NCBI GenBank assembly: GCA_030428125.1
Contig: JAUIBF010000001.1
Location: forward strand, 490,383 to 554,382
DNA: 64,000 bases
Origin: a bacterium
GTDB lineage: Bacteria; Patescibacteriota; Saccharimonadia; Saccharimonadales; SZUA-47
Direction of reading: 5' to 3'
Each line of letters opens with the position of its first letter. Position 1 is the stretch's first letter. The position numbers were made by a program, and so were the translations under genes. The notes below the pieces were generated by a model. That model had not been told where the DNA came from. It did no database searches and worked only from the letters and a program-made list of their open reading frames with translations. Below are positions 20,117 through 29,904 of this stretch, one piece after another.

Positions 20117-20650
20117 ATGAAAACCCCTGTTTTTGACTCCGGCTATCTAGGTCCAGACACTGTGACAGAATTATTACATATATGCGACCTAACTGTTCGT
20201 AGGGCTTTGTACACTGACCTAAGAATCGATGGGCTAAAAGATCAAATCGGCGCTAGTGTACTTCCCTATCTTGTCTCTGGTGGAGCAACAACACTGCAAG
20301 TTGAAATAGATGGCGTGGGCTATCCAAGATATGCTGCAGCCGTTAACTCCATAGCTAGACAAGTCACAAAAGAAAAATACTATCGTCGAATGGGTATAAA
20401 CTACTACCTCGGACCAGATGACAGAGAGGCTTTTCAGGCGATTCATTTTGATAGCAGCTATGCTGAAGTTTTGACCTTGGAAGGAATCGGTGGGGTCGCA
20501 CTGTTTGATCGAGAGACCGATGTCCGGAATGCTACCCCAGCAGATGCAATTGCAACTTTAGATTGTGAACCAGGCGACCGTTTTACAGCAGGATCTTTGC
20601 CTCATGCCGGATTCGGAATCGGAAATCGCACCAGCATATACTTTTATTAG
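20117..20650 (+). CDS. Putative 2OG-Fe(II)/cupin-fold oxygenase-like protein
   Basis: INYY...HFD (HxD) ... PH ... RTS pattern; promoter TTGACT-N17-CATTGT just upstream supports a start at 20117. Confidence 0.55.
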   Translation: MKTPVFDSGYLGPDTVTELLHICDLTVRRALYTDLRIDGLKDQIGASVLPYLVSGGATTLQVEIDGVGYPRYAAAVNSIARQVTKEKYYRRMGINYYLGPDDREAFQAIHFDSSYAEVLTLEGIGGVALFDRETDVRNATPADAIATLDCEPGDRFTAGSLPHAGFGIGNRTSIYFY

Positions 20651-20667
20651 ACTGTATACTTTAAGTT

Positions 20668-21192
20668 ATGAAAGATATCGTTCTAGGTGGAGGTTGTTTC
20701 TGGTGTACAGAGGCTGTATTCCAGCGAGTTAAAGGTGTTTCTGAAGTTGTTTCTGGTTTTGCAGGTGGCGGAGCAGGTGGCAACCCTGACTATTGGAGCA
20801 TTCACGGTAATGACAGCTCTCACGCAGAAGTAGTTCAAGTAACTTATGATGAACAGGTCATTACATTAACCGAACTTCTTGATATATTCTTCGGAACGCA
20901 CGACCCAACAACCACAAATCAGCCAGGTACTGCAGATATGGGCTCAGAATACCGTTCAATTATTCTTTGTGGTGAGGACGAATTAGAGACTGCAAACAAA
21001 GCCAAAGACGAAGCTCAAAAAAACTGGGACAAACCGATTATTACAGAAATCAAAGTCTTAGATAAATTCACTCCTGCGGAGGAACACCATCAGAACTACT
21101 ACAACAATAATCAGCAGGCTGGCTACTGCCAGGTCATCATCAACCCCAAGCTCGAAAAGTTCCAAAAGAAATTCACGGACTACCTTAAGTAG
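20668..21192 (+). CDS. msrA: Peptide methionine sulfoxide reductase A
   Basis: GGGCFWCTEA, HDPT and AEEHHQNYY motifs. Confidence 0.95.
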   Translation: MKDIVLGGGCFWCTEAVFQRVKGVSEVVSGFAGGGAGGNPDYWSIHGNDSSHAEVVQVTYDEQVITLTELLDIFFGTHDPTTTNQPGTADMGSEYRSIILCGEDELETANKAKDEAQKNWDKPIITEIKVLDKFTPAEEHHQNYYNNNQQAGYCQVIINPKLEKFQKKFTDYLK

Positions 21193-21252
21193 CTTAAGCT
21201 TGCAATTTAACAACCCCCTTGTCATATTTAGTTAGATTAACGGAGTAGCAGC

Positions 21253-22068
21253 ATGGCAATCATAAACCCTGGACTAGAAAGAGCACTTAGAAGAGATGCT
21301 TTAGACGTACTAATCGAAAGAAATCACAAACAAAGAGTAGACGATGCCGCGGGTGTTCTTGCCGGTGCGCTACATGTAGCAACACTCGAGCAAGTCGAAG
21401 AAGTTCTTAGACACACAGAAGATACGACAGGTAGAGCGACAGCACGTGTTCATATTGCCGGATTACTAAGTTTAAACGGTGTCATAGCACCACTTGCAGG
21501 CAACCGAGGCTCAACTGGAGGGTTTTTTTTGGGCTCTTCAGGTGACGCAGCTGTATTTCCAGTTAAACTAGCAGACAGCCAGGTTGTTGATATGGTGGGT
21601 ATAGGAAAAGTCGAATACACCGATATCAGAGCTTCTGTGACCAGGATAAACCACAAACTTGACACTAAGCAAGCGATGGATAAGGATTGGAACCCAAATG
21701 GAGTAACTCCATATGACATCTTAGAAGCAGGACTGGTAGTTACTGCGTCAACGGATGAAAAACCAAACAGGTACATTAGCGCACAGCATACATGGTTGGG
21801 AATAGACCAAATGCCTCCTAAGTGGGAAGCAGCCAGACAAAATTACGTTAGACCTAAGTCTCTAATGGGCACGCTACGTTTGATGTACGGTGCGCTTGGG
21901 GATCCAGAATTAAACCCAGAAGCCCATACTGCAGACTACCTAAAAGCTTACAATCCAGACTTCATGGATCCAGTAAGTAATTATGCAGCGGATCCAGAAT
22001 CTGTCGTATTGGCTAATGTAGACGTTCGCGAATTTATGCCAGCATGGCTAACTAGTTACGCCGAATAG
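21253..22068 (+). CDS. Hypothetical protein
   Basis: 271-aa ORF filling the gap, SD-like GGAG upstream. Confidence 0.7.
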   Translation: MAIINPGLERALRRDALDVLIERNHKQRVDDAAGVLAGALHVATLEQVEEVLRHTEDTTGRATARVHIAGLLSLNGVIAPLAGNRGSTGGFFLGSSGDAAVFPVKLADSQVVDMVGIGKVEYTDIRASVTRINHKLDTKQAMDKDWNPNGVTPYDILEAGLVVTASTDEKPNRYISAQHTWLGIDQMPPKWEAARQNYVRPKSLMGTLRLMYGALGDPELNPEAHTADYLKAYNPDFMDPVSNYAADPESVVLANVDVREFMPAWLTSYAE

Positions 22069-22105
22069 GCTATAAACATCATTCATTCACGTATACTGTC
22101 AGTAA

Positions 22106-24916
22106 GTGAGTGAGATTAAGCTAAATCAAAGTCAGCAAAAAGCAGTCGACCATATAAACGGCCCATTGCTAGTTGTGGCTGGTGCAGGAACCGGCAAAAC
22201 CAGTGTTATAACAGAGAAAATCAACGCACTTCTTGACCAAGAAATAAGCCCGTCATCTATTCTGGCTGTTACTTTTACAGAAAAGGCGTCGGCTGAGATG
22301 CAGGAGAGGATTCTGGAGCGCAGGTCTGGGCTGATGCTTGATTTGCCGATTATGACATACAACGGCTACGGCGACAGCATTTTGAAAGAATTTGGTGTTC
22401 ACATAGGGCTACCTAGAACCTATAAAGTCCTGACCCCACAAGCAGCCATCGTTTTCTTGCGTGAGCGAATCGAGAGCTTCAATCTAGATTATTTCCTGCC
22501 GCTAACTACAGTTCCAGATGCAATTATCGAAGATATTCTGAAGTATTTCTCTAAACTCAAACAAAACGTAGTCACCCCAGAAAAATACTTGGATTTTGTC
22601 AAGAAAATGCCAGAAGGTGACGTGCCAGAAAATACAGAAAAGCTAATGCACAAGCAATTAGCTGACGCTTACCGAACCTACATATCCTTATGCAGGAAAG
22701 AAAACGTCATAGACTATGATGATCAGATTTACTTGTCTATTCAATTGCTTCAAAAGCGACCAAACGTCCGACAAATCCTTCAGGAACGCTATCACACCGT
22801 GTTGGTTGATGAGTTCCAGGACACCAACCCCATGCAATCTATGTTGATAGATTTAATTGTGCCGGAGTCTCAGAATTTAGTCGTTGTAGGTGATGACGAC
22901 CAAGCAATCTACGGGTTCCGTGGTGCGACGATCAGTAACATTTTAAGTTTCAAAGAACGCTATCCGGACGCATCAGAAGTTGTTTTGAGCGAAAACTACC
23001 GCAGTCACCAATCAATTCTTGATGCTGCTTATAAGCTGATTCAGAACAATAACCCTAACCGTTTAGAGGCAAGCCTAGGGTTAAATAAGCGCCTAACCAG
23101 CGATCAACCAGGTTCCGACCCAGTGCTCAGACATTTTGCAGACCCTACCCAGGAGCTAGACTGGCTGGCCGAGAATATCAAATCCAAACTCGAAGCACAC
23201 CCCGATGAACAGAGTGTCAGCATAGCCGTACTTACGCGTAGCAACAACAGCGCAGAAGCCGTTCATCGAGCTCTAGATGCATACGACATCAAACACCGAG
23301 TTGTCGGCTTGAGTCCAGATCTCTACAGCCAGCCAGTTGTTCGAATGTTGATTGAGCTACTGCGGACTATTATCGAGCCAGACAACAACGCCAGTTTGCA
23401 TCACACACTTATTAGTGACTTGTTCGGCATCAGCAACTCCTTTGTATCACCATATGTTAAAAAAGCTCGCTACGAACACGACTCACTAGAAAATTTGCTA
23501 GAGGATACAGATGAAACTAAAGACGCCATTCAGCTCATTAGAAAGTATCGCGAACCAGCTGCCAGCGAATCGGTAGGACGTTTGCTGTGGCAATTACTAT
23601 CAGAGCTTGAATATTTAGACAAGTTACTAGAGCAGGCACAAACCAACAACAATTCAGCCCATGCTCTAGGTCACATCACGCAATTTTTCGACACCCTGAA
23701 GGAGTTTGAAAACATTGCAACTCAACCAACAGCTGTGCAGTACCAGCTGGCATTGCCTGCACTAATGGCAGCAGGGGAGTCTACAGATGACACCCTTCAG
23801 CTAACAGAGCAAGAAGTGATTGTAACCACCGTACACAAAGCCAAAGGTCTAGAGTGGGACACAGTATATTTACCAGGTCTAACAGAGCAAAAATTCCCAA
23901 TGTGGCGGCAGGGTGGTGGTATAGATTTGCCTGAGCAGCTACGCGATAACGACGTAAATGATACAGATGAACACTATTCTGAGGAGAGAAGGGTAATGTA
24001 TGTTGCACTAACACGTGCTCGCCAGAACCTGACGTTAAGCTTCTCTGACGGTCCTCGCAAACCTTCACGTTTTATTGACGAGATGTTCGGCGAAGGTGCA
24101 GCAGAGAGTACTGATTACACGGAGGCTACTGAAAGAAGAGTTCGCTTAGAGATTAGCGCAGACGATGTACCCAAAGTCCCGATTCCTGACTCTATTTACG
24201 ACGGCAAGCGCGTCAAACTGGACGTTACTAAGGCTCAGACTCTTCTCAACTGTCCACTAAATTTCTATTACAAATATATCCTAGAAACTCCTCGTGAACC
24301 TCGTCCATCTGCTGATTACGGAACGCGAATGCACGCATTTATTCAGGAAATCAACGAAGCACGTCATAAAAACTCCGAGTTACGTCCACTCCCAGAGATG
24401 TTGAAGGATTTAGAAAAAGGCTGGCACAAATCCGGCTACGCTAGCAAGACGCAACAAGAACGGGCGTTAAAGCAAGCCAAGCAAACTCTAACAACTTACT
24501 ACCAGCACGCTAAAGGTGCTGATGGTCCGATAGCTATTGAAGATCCATTTGCCGTAGAAATAGCCGAGGACATAATTCTAGATGGTCGAATTGACGCTGT
24601 CTATGCTGACGGTGACGACGTAGAAATCCGTGATTATAAGACAGGATATGCCGCTCGTGATGAAGAAGGGGCTAAGAAATTAGCCGGTAGCAGCAAACAG
24701 CTGGAGCTTTATGCACTGGCTTGGCTGACCAAAACCGGTAAATTGCCGTCCAAACTTAGCCTGCATTATGTTGATTCAGACGTGATTGGTTATGCCAACA
24801 AACGAGAATCTACTATTGAAAACCGCCGTACACAACTTATTAAAGCTGCTAATGATCTAAAGGATGGGCATTTTCCGCTAGGTAGTAGTCATACTTATTG
24901 CGTGCATCCCGAATAG
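22106..24916 (+). CDS. UvrD/PcrA SF1 helicase fused to a C-terminal PD-(D/E)XK nuclease (AddA/AdnB-like)
   Basis: AGAGTGKT, VDEFQD, VGDDDQAIY, HKAKGLE and YVALTRA; C-terminal GRID...DYKTG. Confidence 0.93.
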   Translation: MSEIKLNQSQQKAVDHINGPLLVVAGAGTGKTSVITEKINALLDQEISPSSILAVTFTEKASAEMQERILERRSGLMLDLPIMTYNGYGDSILKEFGVHIGLPRTYKVLTPQAAIVFLRERIESFNLDYFLPLTTVPDAIIEDILKYFSKLKQNVVTPEKYLDFVKKMPEGDVPENTEKLMHKQLADAYRTYISLCRKENVIDYDDQIYLSIQLLQKRPNVRQILQERYHTVLVDEFQDTNPMQSMLIDLIVPESQNLVVVGDDDQAIYGFRGATISNILSFKERYPDASEVVLSENYRSHQSILDAAYKLIQNNNPNRLEASLGLNKRLTSDQPGSDPVLRHFADPTQELDWLAENIKSKLEAHPDEQSVSIAVLTRSNNSAEAVHRALDAYDIKHRVVGLSPDLYSQPVVRMLIELLRTIIEPDNNASLHHTLISDLFGISNSFVSPYVKKARYEHDSLENLLEDTDETKDAIQLIRKYREPAASESVGRLLWQLLSELEYLDKLLEQAQTNNNSAHALGHITQFFDTLKEFENIATQPTAVQYQLALPALMAAGESTDDTLQLTEQEVIVTTVHKAKGLEWDTVYLPGLTEQKFPMWRQGGGIDLPEQLRDNDVNDTDEHYSEERRVMYVALTRARQNLTLSFSDGPRKPSRFIDEMFGEGAAESTDYTEATERRVRLEISADDVPKVPIPDSIYDGKRVKLDVTKAQTLLNCPLNFYYKYILETPREPRPSADYGTRMHAFIQEINEARHKNSELRPLPEMLKDLEKGWHKSGYASKTQQERALKQAKQTLTTYYQHAKGADGPIAIEDPFAVEIAEDIILDGRIDAVYADGDDVEIRDYKTGYAARDEEGAKKLAGSSKQLELYALAWLTKTGKLPSKLSLHYVDSDVIGYANKRESTIENRRTQLIKAANDLKDGHFPLGSSHTYCVHPE

Positions 24917-24964
24917 TCTTGCACTATTGACTTTTGTGCCATTTTCATGTTATAATATAGTATT

Positions 24965-25396
24965 ATGGCTAATAATGCATCTGTAGAGTTCAGGACTGGA
25001 GTTGCTGATCTTGATATGCATCTAAATGACGTTAGACCCTTTAGTCTATTCTTTAATTACGTCGTTGGGAGTTATCTAGAACGTCAAGCAAGCGAGCAAG
25101 AACAGGTAGCTGTCATGCCTACTCACATTACTGTAGCTCCATTTAATGATTTCGAACACGACCTGGCATATGACATCACTTCAGCCGTTGATTTAGAGCA
25201 CGGTCGAATGATTAGTGATGAATTCAAGCTTAAGCAAAAGTGGTTAGGTAGAGATCCGTACCAAACTCTTGGAATTGTTGATGCTGAAGACAGAGTTATT
25301 ATGGACAACGTAGGTAGAGCATACCTGGGTTCTTTGATTTTGTTGAAAGGGATGTATGAGGCTGCTCATAACCCCGATTTTCGTGGTACGAGCTAA
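24965..25396 (+). CDS. Hypothetical protein
   Basis: 143-aa ORF preceded by TTGACT-N18-TATAAT. Confidence 0.65.
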   Translation: MANNASVEFRTGVADLDMHLNDVRPFSLFFNYVVGSYLERQASEQEQVAVMPTHITVAPFNDFEHDLAYDITSAVDLEHGRMISDEFKLKQKWLGRDPYQTLGIVDAEDRVIMDNVGRAYLGSLILLKGMYEAAHNPDFRGTS

Positions 25397-25823
25397 TTCA
25401 ACAATTTAGTAATATTCTACTTTCTTAGACGTAATAGAGTAGCAAGAAACGACTCCCCGGCACCACGTTAGAAAAACAGGCTCTGCATCTGAATTAATTC
25501 ATATATACTTTTTTGGGGAGCTCGCTTTTAGCTCAAACAGTCCTCGGAAAGTCCAACAAAATAACCCACCCGCAACCAGGTTTTAGCCGGATGGGTATTA
25601 AGCAAATAATCATCACCATTGATTTTATCGATGATGACAATTTGTTCATCAACTTCATCTTAGGGTACTAATATCCAAGAGAATATACCCCCCCTTAATC
25701 GAATTAGGCCCAGGTTGCACTTAGTTATTAAAATTATACTTATCCACAAAAAATAAGATGTAACTAATTTTTGCGACAGTATTTGTTTGACAGTAAAGAG
25801 TTAATTATTTAAATTGTTAACGC

Positions 25824-26870
25824 ATGAGGGTTAAGCATAAATACAACGTAATTGACTTATTTTCTGGCATTGGAGGCTTCAGCAAGGGTTTTGAGAATGA
25901 AGGATTTGACATAAAACTTGGAATTGATAATTGGCCAATTGCTTTAAAAACATTCAAGACGAACCATAAAAATACCGAGATATTACTTGAAGATTTAACA
26001 AAAATAAAGAAAAATTATTATGAGGACCTACCATATAAGGTCGACATTATTATTGCAGGCCCTCCTTGCCAGGGATTTTCCATGGCAGGGAAGAGACAAG
26101 AAGACGATATACGTAATAGGCTTTTTAATGAGGTCGTTAGGGCTGCAAAATACACTAAAGCTCCTATTGTGATAATCGAGAACGTAGTTGGGCTAGTTTC
26201 AATGAAAGACATTGATGGAAATTCTGTCAAAGATAGAATAATTCATTCTTTGAAGGAAGTAGGTTACGACGTAGATTATAAAATTTTAACTGCTTCAGAT
26301 TATGGGGTGCCACAAAATAGAAGAAGAGTTGTGTTTGTGGCACATAAAAACAATAAGGCGTTTAGCTTTCCAAAAGAATCGGTAAAGAAAGTAACAGTTG
26401 GCGAAGCACTCGGTAACTTACCTGATGTAGAAAGTAAAAAATACACTAAACCTGAAAATAATTTCCAGCAATACTTAGAATCATCATCAAAAAAGATATA
26501 TAACCATACAAAAATGAACCACAGCAAAGCTGTTTCTGACCGTATTGCACTAGTTCCTGAGGGCGGGAATTGGCGAGATATACCGCCGGAGCATTATCGG
26601 GTAGGAGGAACTCATAGTAATAACTACCGTAGGCTCGATAGGTCAAAACCTTCAATAACAATTAAACATGCTACTAAGTCAATGATAATTCACCCAGTTT
26701 ACGACAGGGTAATAACTGCCAGGGAAGCAGCTAGGCTTCAATCTTTTCAGGATGACTTCTTCATTGAGGGTAGTAGCTTCGAACAGCATCAACAGCTTGC
26801 GAACGCCGTTCCGCCACTTCTTGGGGCGGCTATCGCAAAAGCTGTGAGGGAGTACATCGATAATGAGTAG
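25824..26870 (+). CDS. DNA (cytosine-5) methyltransferase 1
   Basis: DLFSGIGG, GPPCQGFS, ENV, PQNRRR and NAVPP motifs. Confidence 0.95.
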   Translation: MRVKHKYNVIDLFSGIGGFSKGFENEGFDIKLGIDNWPIALKTFKTNHKNTEILLEDLTKIKKNYYEDLPYKVDIIIAGPPCQGFSMAGKRQEDDIRNRLFNEVVRAAKYTKAPIVIIENVVGLVSMKDIDGNSVKDRIIHSLKEVGYDVDYKILTASDYGVPQNRRRVVFVAHKNNKAFSFPKESVKKVTVGEALGNLPDVESKKYTKPENNFQQYLESSSKKIYNHTKMNHSKAVSDRIALVPEGGNWRDIPPEHYRVGGTHSNNYRRLDRSKPSITIKHATKSMIIHPVYDRVITAREAARLQSFQDDFFIEGSSFEQHQQLANAVPPLLGAAIAKAVREYIDNE

Positions 26871-27846
26871 TAACGTTAAATTCATTGATCTATTTTGTGG
26901 GTTAGGTGGTTTCAGGATAGCCTTAGAAAATCTTGGGGGGACTTGTGTTTATAGCAGCGATAATGATAAGTATGTTCAAGACATATATAACCTAAATTTT
27001 GGAGAAATACCCGACGGAGATATAACTAAAGTCTCACCGAAAGAAGTTCCAGATCACGATATACTCTGCGCCGGTTTTCCATGTCAACCATTTTCTATAG
27101 GAGGATTACGTAAGGGCTTCTTAGACACCAGAGGAACCCTATTTTTCGATATTGAAAGGATTTTAAGGGCTAAAAAACCCAAGTCTTTTATTCTCGAGAA
27201 CGTAAAAGGCTTAACTAATCACGATGAAGGTAGAACTCTGGAAACCATACTGAGGACACTTGCTAAAACCGTTAACGGAAAGCCTTATGATCATGAAGGC
27301 AACTTAGGTTACGACGTATACTATAAAGTTTTAAATACAAAAGATTTCGGAATCCCACAAAACAGGGAAAGAATCTATATCATAGGAATTAAAAATTCAA
27401 AGAAAACTTTCGAGTTCCCTGCGACAAGCAGTAACAGTATGGGTCTGGATATATTGCTGTCTAAAACTACTAATAAGGAAGAGTACCGGGTGTCAACTAA
27501 CGTCTGTTCACAGATTCTGCATCATCTAGACTTAAAAAAAGATAGGTATTCAACCCTAATGGATGAACCATTAATAGCATACGAGGTCAGGCCTTCTAGG
27601 TGCTCATTTCGTCAAGATGGCGCAAGCCCTACTCTCACTGCAAAAATGGGAACCGGGGGTAATAACGTTCCTATTTATGTCCAAGAGATGAGAAAGTTAA
27701 CATTAAGAGAGTGTCTAGATTTGCAAGGATTCCCTGACAACTACGTATTTCCGGACAGGGGGATGCAAAGTTACAAACAGATAGGAAATAGTCTCACCGT
27801 ACCTGTTGTCGAGGCAATTGCGAGTAAGCTAATTCCGGTAATCTAG
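26863..27846 (+). CDS. DNA (cytosine-5) methyltransferase 2
   Basis: DLFCGLGG, GFPCQPFS, ENV, PQNRER and QIGNS motifs. Confidence 0.95.
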   Translation: MSSNVKFIDLFCGLGGFRIALENLGGTCVYSSDNDKYVQDIYNLNFGEIPDGDITKVSPKEVPDHDILCAGFPCQPFSIGGLRKGFLDTRGTLFFDIERILRAKKPKSFILENVKGLTNHDEGRTLETILRTLAKTVNGKPYDHEGNLGYDVYYKVLNTKDFGIPQNRERIYIIGIKNSKKTFEFPATSSNSMGLDILLSKTTNKEEYRVSTNVCSQILHHLDLKKDRYSTLMDEPLIAYEVRPSRCSFRQDGASPTLTAKMGTGGNNVPIYVQEMRKLTLRECLDLQGFPDNYVFPDRGMQSYKQIGNSLTVPVVEAIASKLIPVI

Positions 27847-28592
27847 CGCTCCTTGCTAAGCTTATAAACGAGCTGATATTTCCCTTTACTTCGACCTGAC
27901 CCTGTAGTAACTATTAGTTTTTTTGTATTATTTGGTACAATCTCGTTATTAACTAGCAACCATGGAGCGTAATAAGGATCGTCAAACATTCCTATTCCAG
28001 AAAAAAACAGTGCCGAAATACTTTCGTTATTATTGGTTAAGTCTTCAATAATCTTATTGCTTAAAGCTTTTACCTTATTACAATATTCGAGATTTGATAT
28101 TTCTCCCGAAATACCATGATTGACCTCGAAGTAAGTTTTAAATTCTTCTTCTGTAGCACCCCAGCCCTTTATTACGTCAGTGTTCTTAACTAGCCCTTCC
28201 TGATTCTTGCAGTAAATTGAAGCTCCTGCACCTAGTTCTAAGTCTTTATATATCCTTTTAAACGCATCGGGGGAAATTTTTTGAATCGTAGAAGTATAGT
28301 CAGTGTTTAACTTAACGCTAATTCCACTTTCTGGGATCGGAAATACTCCGATTTTTTTAGCCTCGTCTTCATTAATATATTCTTTCAGATCACTTTTAGA
28401 TAAATTACTTGGCAATAACCCAAGATAAATATCTGATTTTGGCCTAACATTTCTCTTATGGACTTTGGAGTACTGAACAGTATTTACATGAACTGCTATG
28501 TAATTTCTATTGCCAAAAACAGACGGCACCAAGATCATGCCTTTATTAATAAGTTCCACTGATTCGACCTCATTTTCGTCCCCACTAATCAA
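27843..28592 (-). CDS. Putative restriction endonuclease subunit B (PD-(D/E)XK-like)
   Basis: PKSDIY...GISVK pattern; convergent with the MTase genes. Confidence 0.6.
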   Translation of the reverse strand: MISGDENEVESVELINKGMILVPSVFGNRNYIAVHVNTVQYSKVHKRNVRPKSDIYLGLLPSNLSKSDLKEYINEDEAKKIGVFPIPESGISVKLNTDYTSTIQKISPDAFKRIYKDLELGAGASIYCKNQEGLVKNTDVIKGWGATEEEFKTYFEVNHGISGEISNLEYCNKVKALSNKIIEDLTNNNESISALFFSGIGMFDDPYYAPWLLVNNEIVPNNTKKLIVTTGSGRSKGKYQLVYKLSKER

Positions 28593-29313
28593 ATTGCATC
28601 TCCATGATATCCCTCTGTAATTTACCCCATTTGAATTGAATTTCTCCTCGTTTTTTTTCGGTACTATTCTTTTTATTTTCTAAATTTCTATTCCACGCTT
28701 GAAAAGTAAGCCCCCCCAAGCCAGGACAGGTAGACTTGCTAGATAAATATTCTATGGCTGTATCCATATCTACAATGTATCCATTAGACTTATCGCCATA
28801 ATATAAATAGTCGGCCTCCACTAAGTCGTCTTTTACTCCAACTTTTAAAACCCTTTTTAATATGTCTTCCTTGTGTAGATCTATGAATCTCTGAAAGTTA
28901 ACAATCTTATCCTTATGAAGCTTCTTAATTTGAGGAACCGACATCCTATCTACGGGATTACCCTTGCCGTCAAGTGTTAAGTCACCCCATATAAAAAATT
29001 TCAGATCATCACATACTGTTTGTGGTGCATTAAATTCAGATTTCAAAAATTCTACAAAATCCTCAATTGGCTCTTGGTGCACACTGTTGCCTGATCCTTT
29101 CTTGATGCTTACACCTAGCTTTTTATTCTTTACAGATATTTCAATATCTGCCTTCGAGCCACTGTTGGGCCTGGTGCATTTAATATTGTCAGCCAATCCA
29201 ATCTCGGGGAATAAGGCAATTACTATTCTTTTCAAATTGCTATTTAAGTTGTCGTAACTACAGTTCAATGCCGAAAGAAGCTGCTTTTCGTTTTCAAACC
29301 CAGTGATTTCCAT
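28585..29313 (-). CDS. Putative restriction endonuclease subunit A (PD-(D/E)XK-like)
   Basis: GFENE, KADI...GVSIKKG and IQFKW motifs resembling MspI/HinP1I-type nucleases; RM context. Confidence 0.7.
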   Translation of the reverse strand: MEITGFENEKQLLSALNCSYDNLNSNLKRIVIALFPEIGLADNIKCTRPNSGSKADIEISVKNKKLGVSIKKGSGNSVHQEPIEDFVEFLKSEFNAPQTVCDDLKFFIWGDLTLDGKGNPVDRMSVPQIKKLHKDKIVNFQRFIDLHKEDILKRVLKVGVKDDLVEADYLYYGDKSNGYIVDMDTAIEYLSSKSTCPGLGGLTFQAWNRNLENKKNSTEKKRGEIQFKWGKLQRDIMEMQFD

Positions 29314-29373
29314 AGAGTAATACTAACACAGTTGAGTGTAAATTATTTATTCGATAATATTTCTTAAGTATTT

Positions 29374-29793
29374 TCAATATTTATTCTGCATTATGTCTAG
29401 TTCATCTTGCAATTGGAATAGGTTTTTTCTTAGGTCTATTTCGCGCCAGGAGGTTAGTTTTCCTGCTACTTCAAGCGCTCTGCGCTCACCCCAGAGGCAG
29501 TCGTCGTCGTACCAGAGGAAGGGAACAGTCATATCAATCGCATCTGTTTTAGCAAGCGACCAAGCCGTCGGCTTAAATTTCTTAAGCCACGGGGTTAAAT
29601 CCTCATCTGAAGCTCGATTCACATACTCAACAGCGTGTTCAGGATCTCCATGCATGCAGTGTGTAGTCAGCCAATAAACTTCAAAATTATCAGCTACATA
29701 CTTGATAAAGTCAGCAGCTCCTTCAGCCAGATTATTTTCGTTGGCTAGCAGAACCCCATCAATATCCAAAAAAATCCTCGGCAACCTCTTCAT
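29374..29793 (-). CDS. HAD-superfamily phosphatase-like protein
   Basis: IFLDIDGVL motif I, WLTT motif II, WYDD motif IV. Confidence 0.8.
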   Translation of the reverse strand: MKRLPRIFLDIDGVLLANENNLAEGAADFIKYVADNFEVYWLTTHCMHGDPEHAVEYVNRASDEDLTPWLKKFKPTAWSLAKTDAIDMTVPFLWYDDDCLWGERRALEVAGKLTSWREIDLRKNLFQLQDELDIMQNKY

Positions 29794-29856
29794 ACCCTAG
29801 ACTATACCACCCAGCCACAATTCCTTCTCGACTTCTTAACATATCAACCTCCTAAC

Positions 29857-29886
29857 TCCTTACTGTACAAGGACGTTCCTTGTACA
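29857..29886 (+). repeat. Left copy of a 30-bp inverted repeat, internally palindromic
   Basis: TCCTTACTGTACAAGGACGTTCCTTGTACA, the exact reverse complement of 34067-34096. Confidence 0.95.
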
Positions 29887-29904
29887 TAAGTGAAAGCGCT
29901 AGCT

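Noticed and set aside
25545..25560. GGAAAGTCC resembling the RNase P RNA P4 motif
   Set aside because: No matching 3' AGAACCCGGCTTA-type motif or plausible P1 helix found
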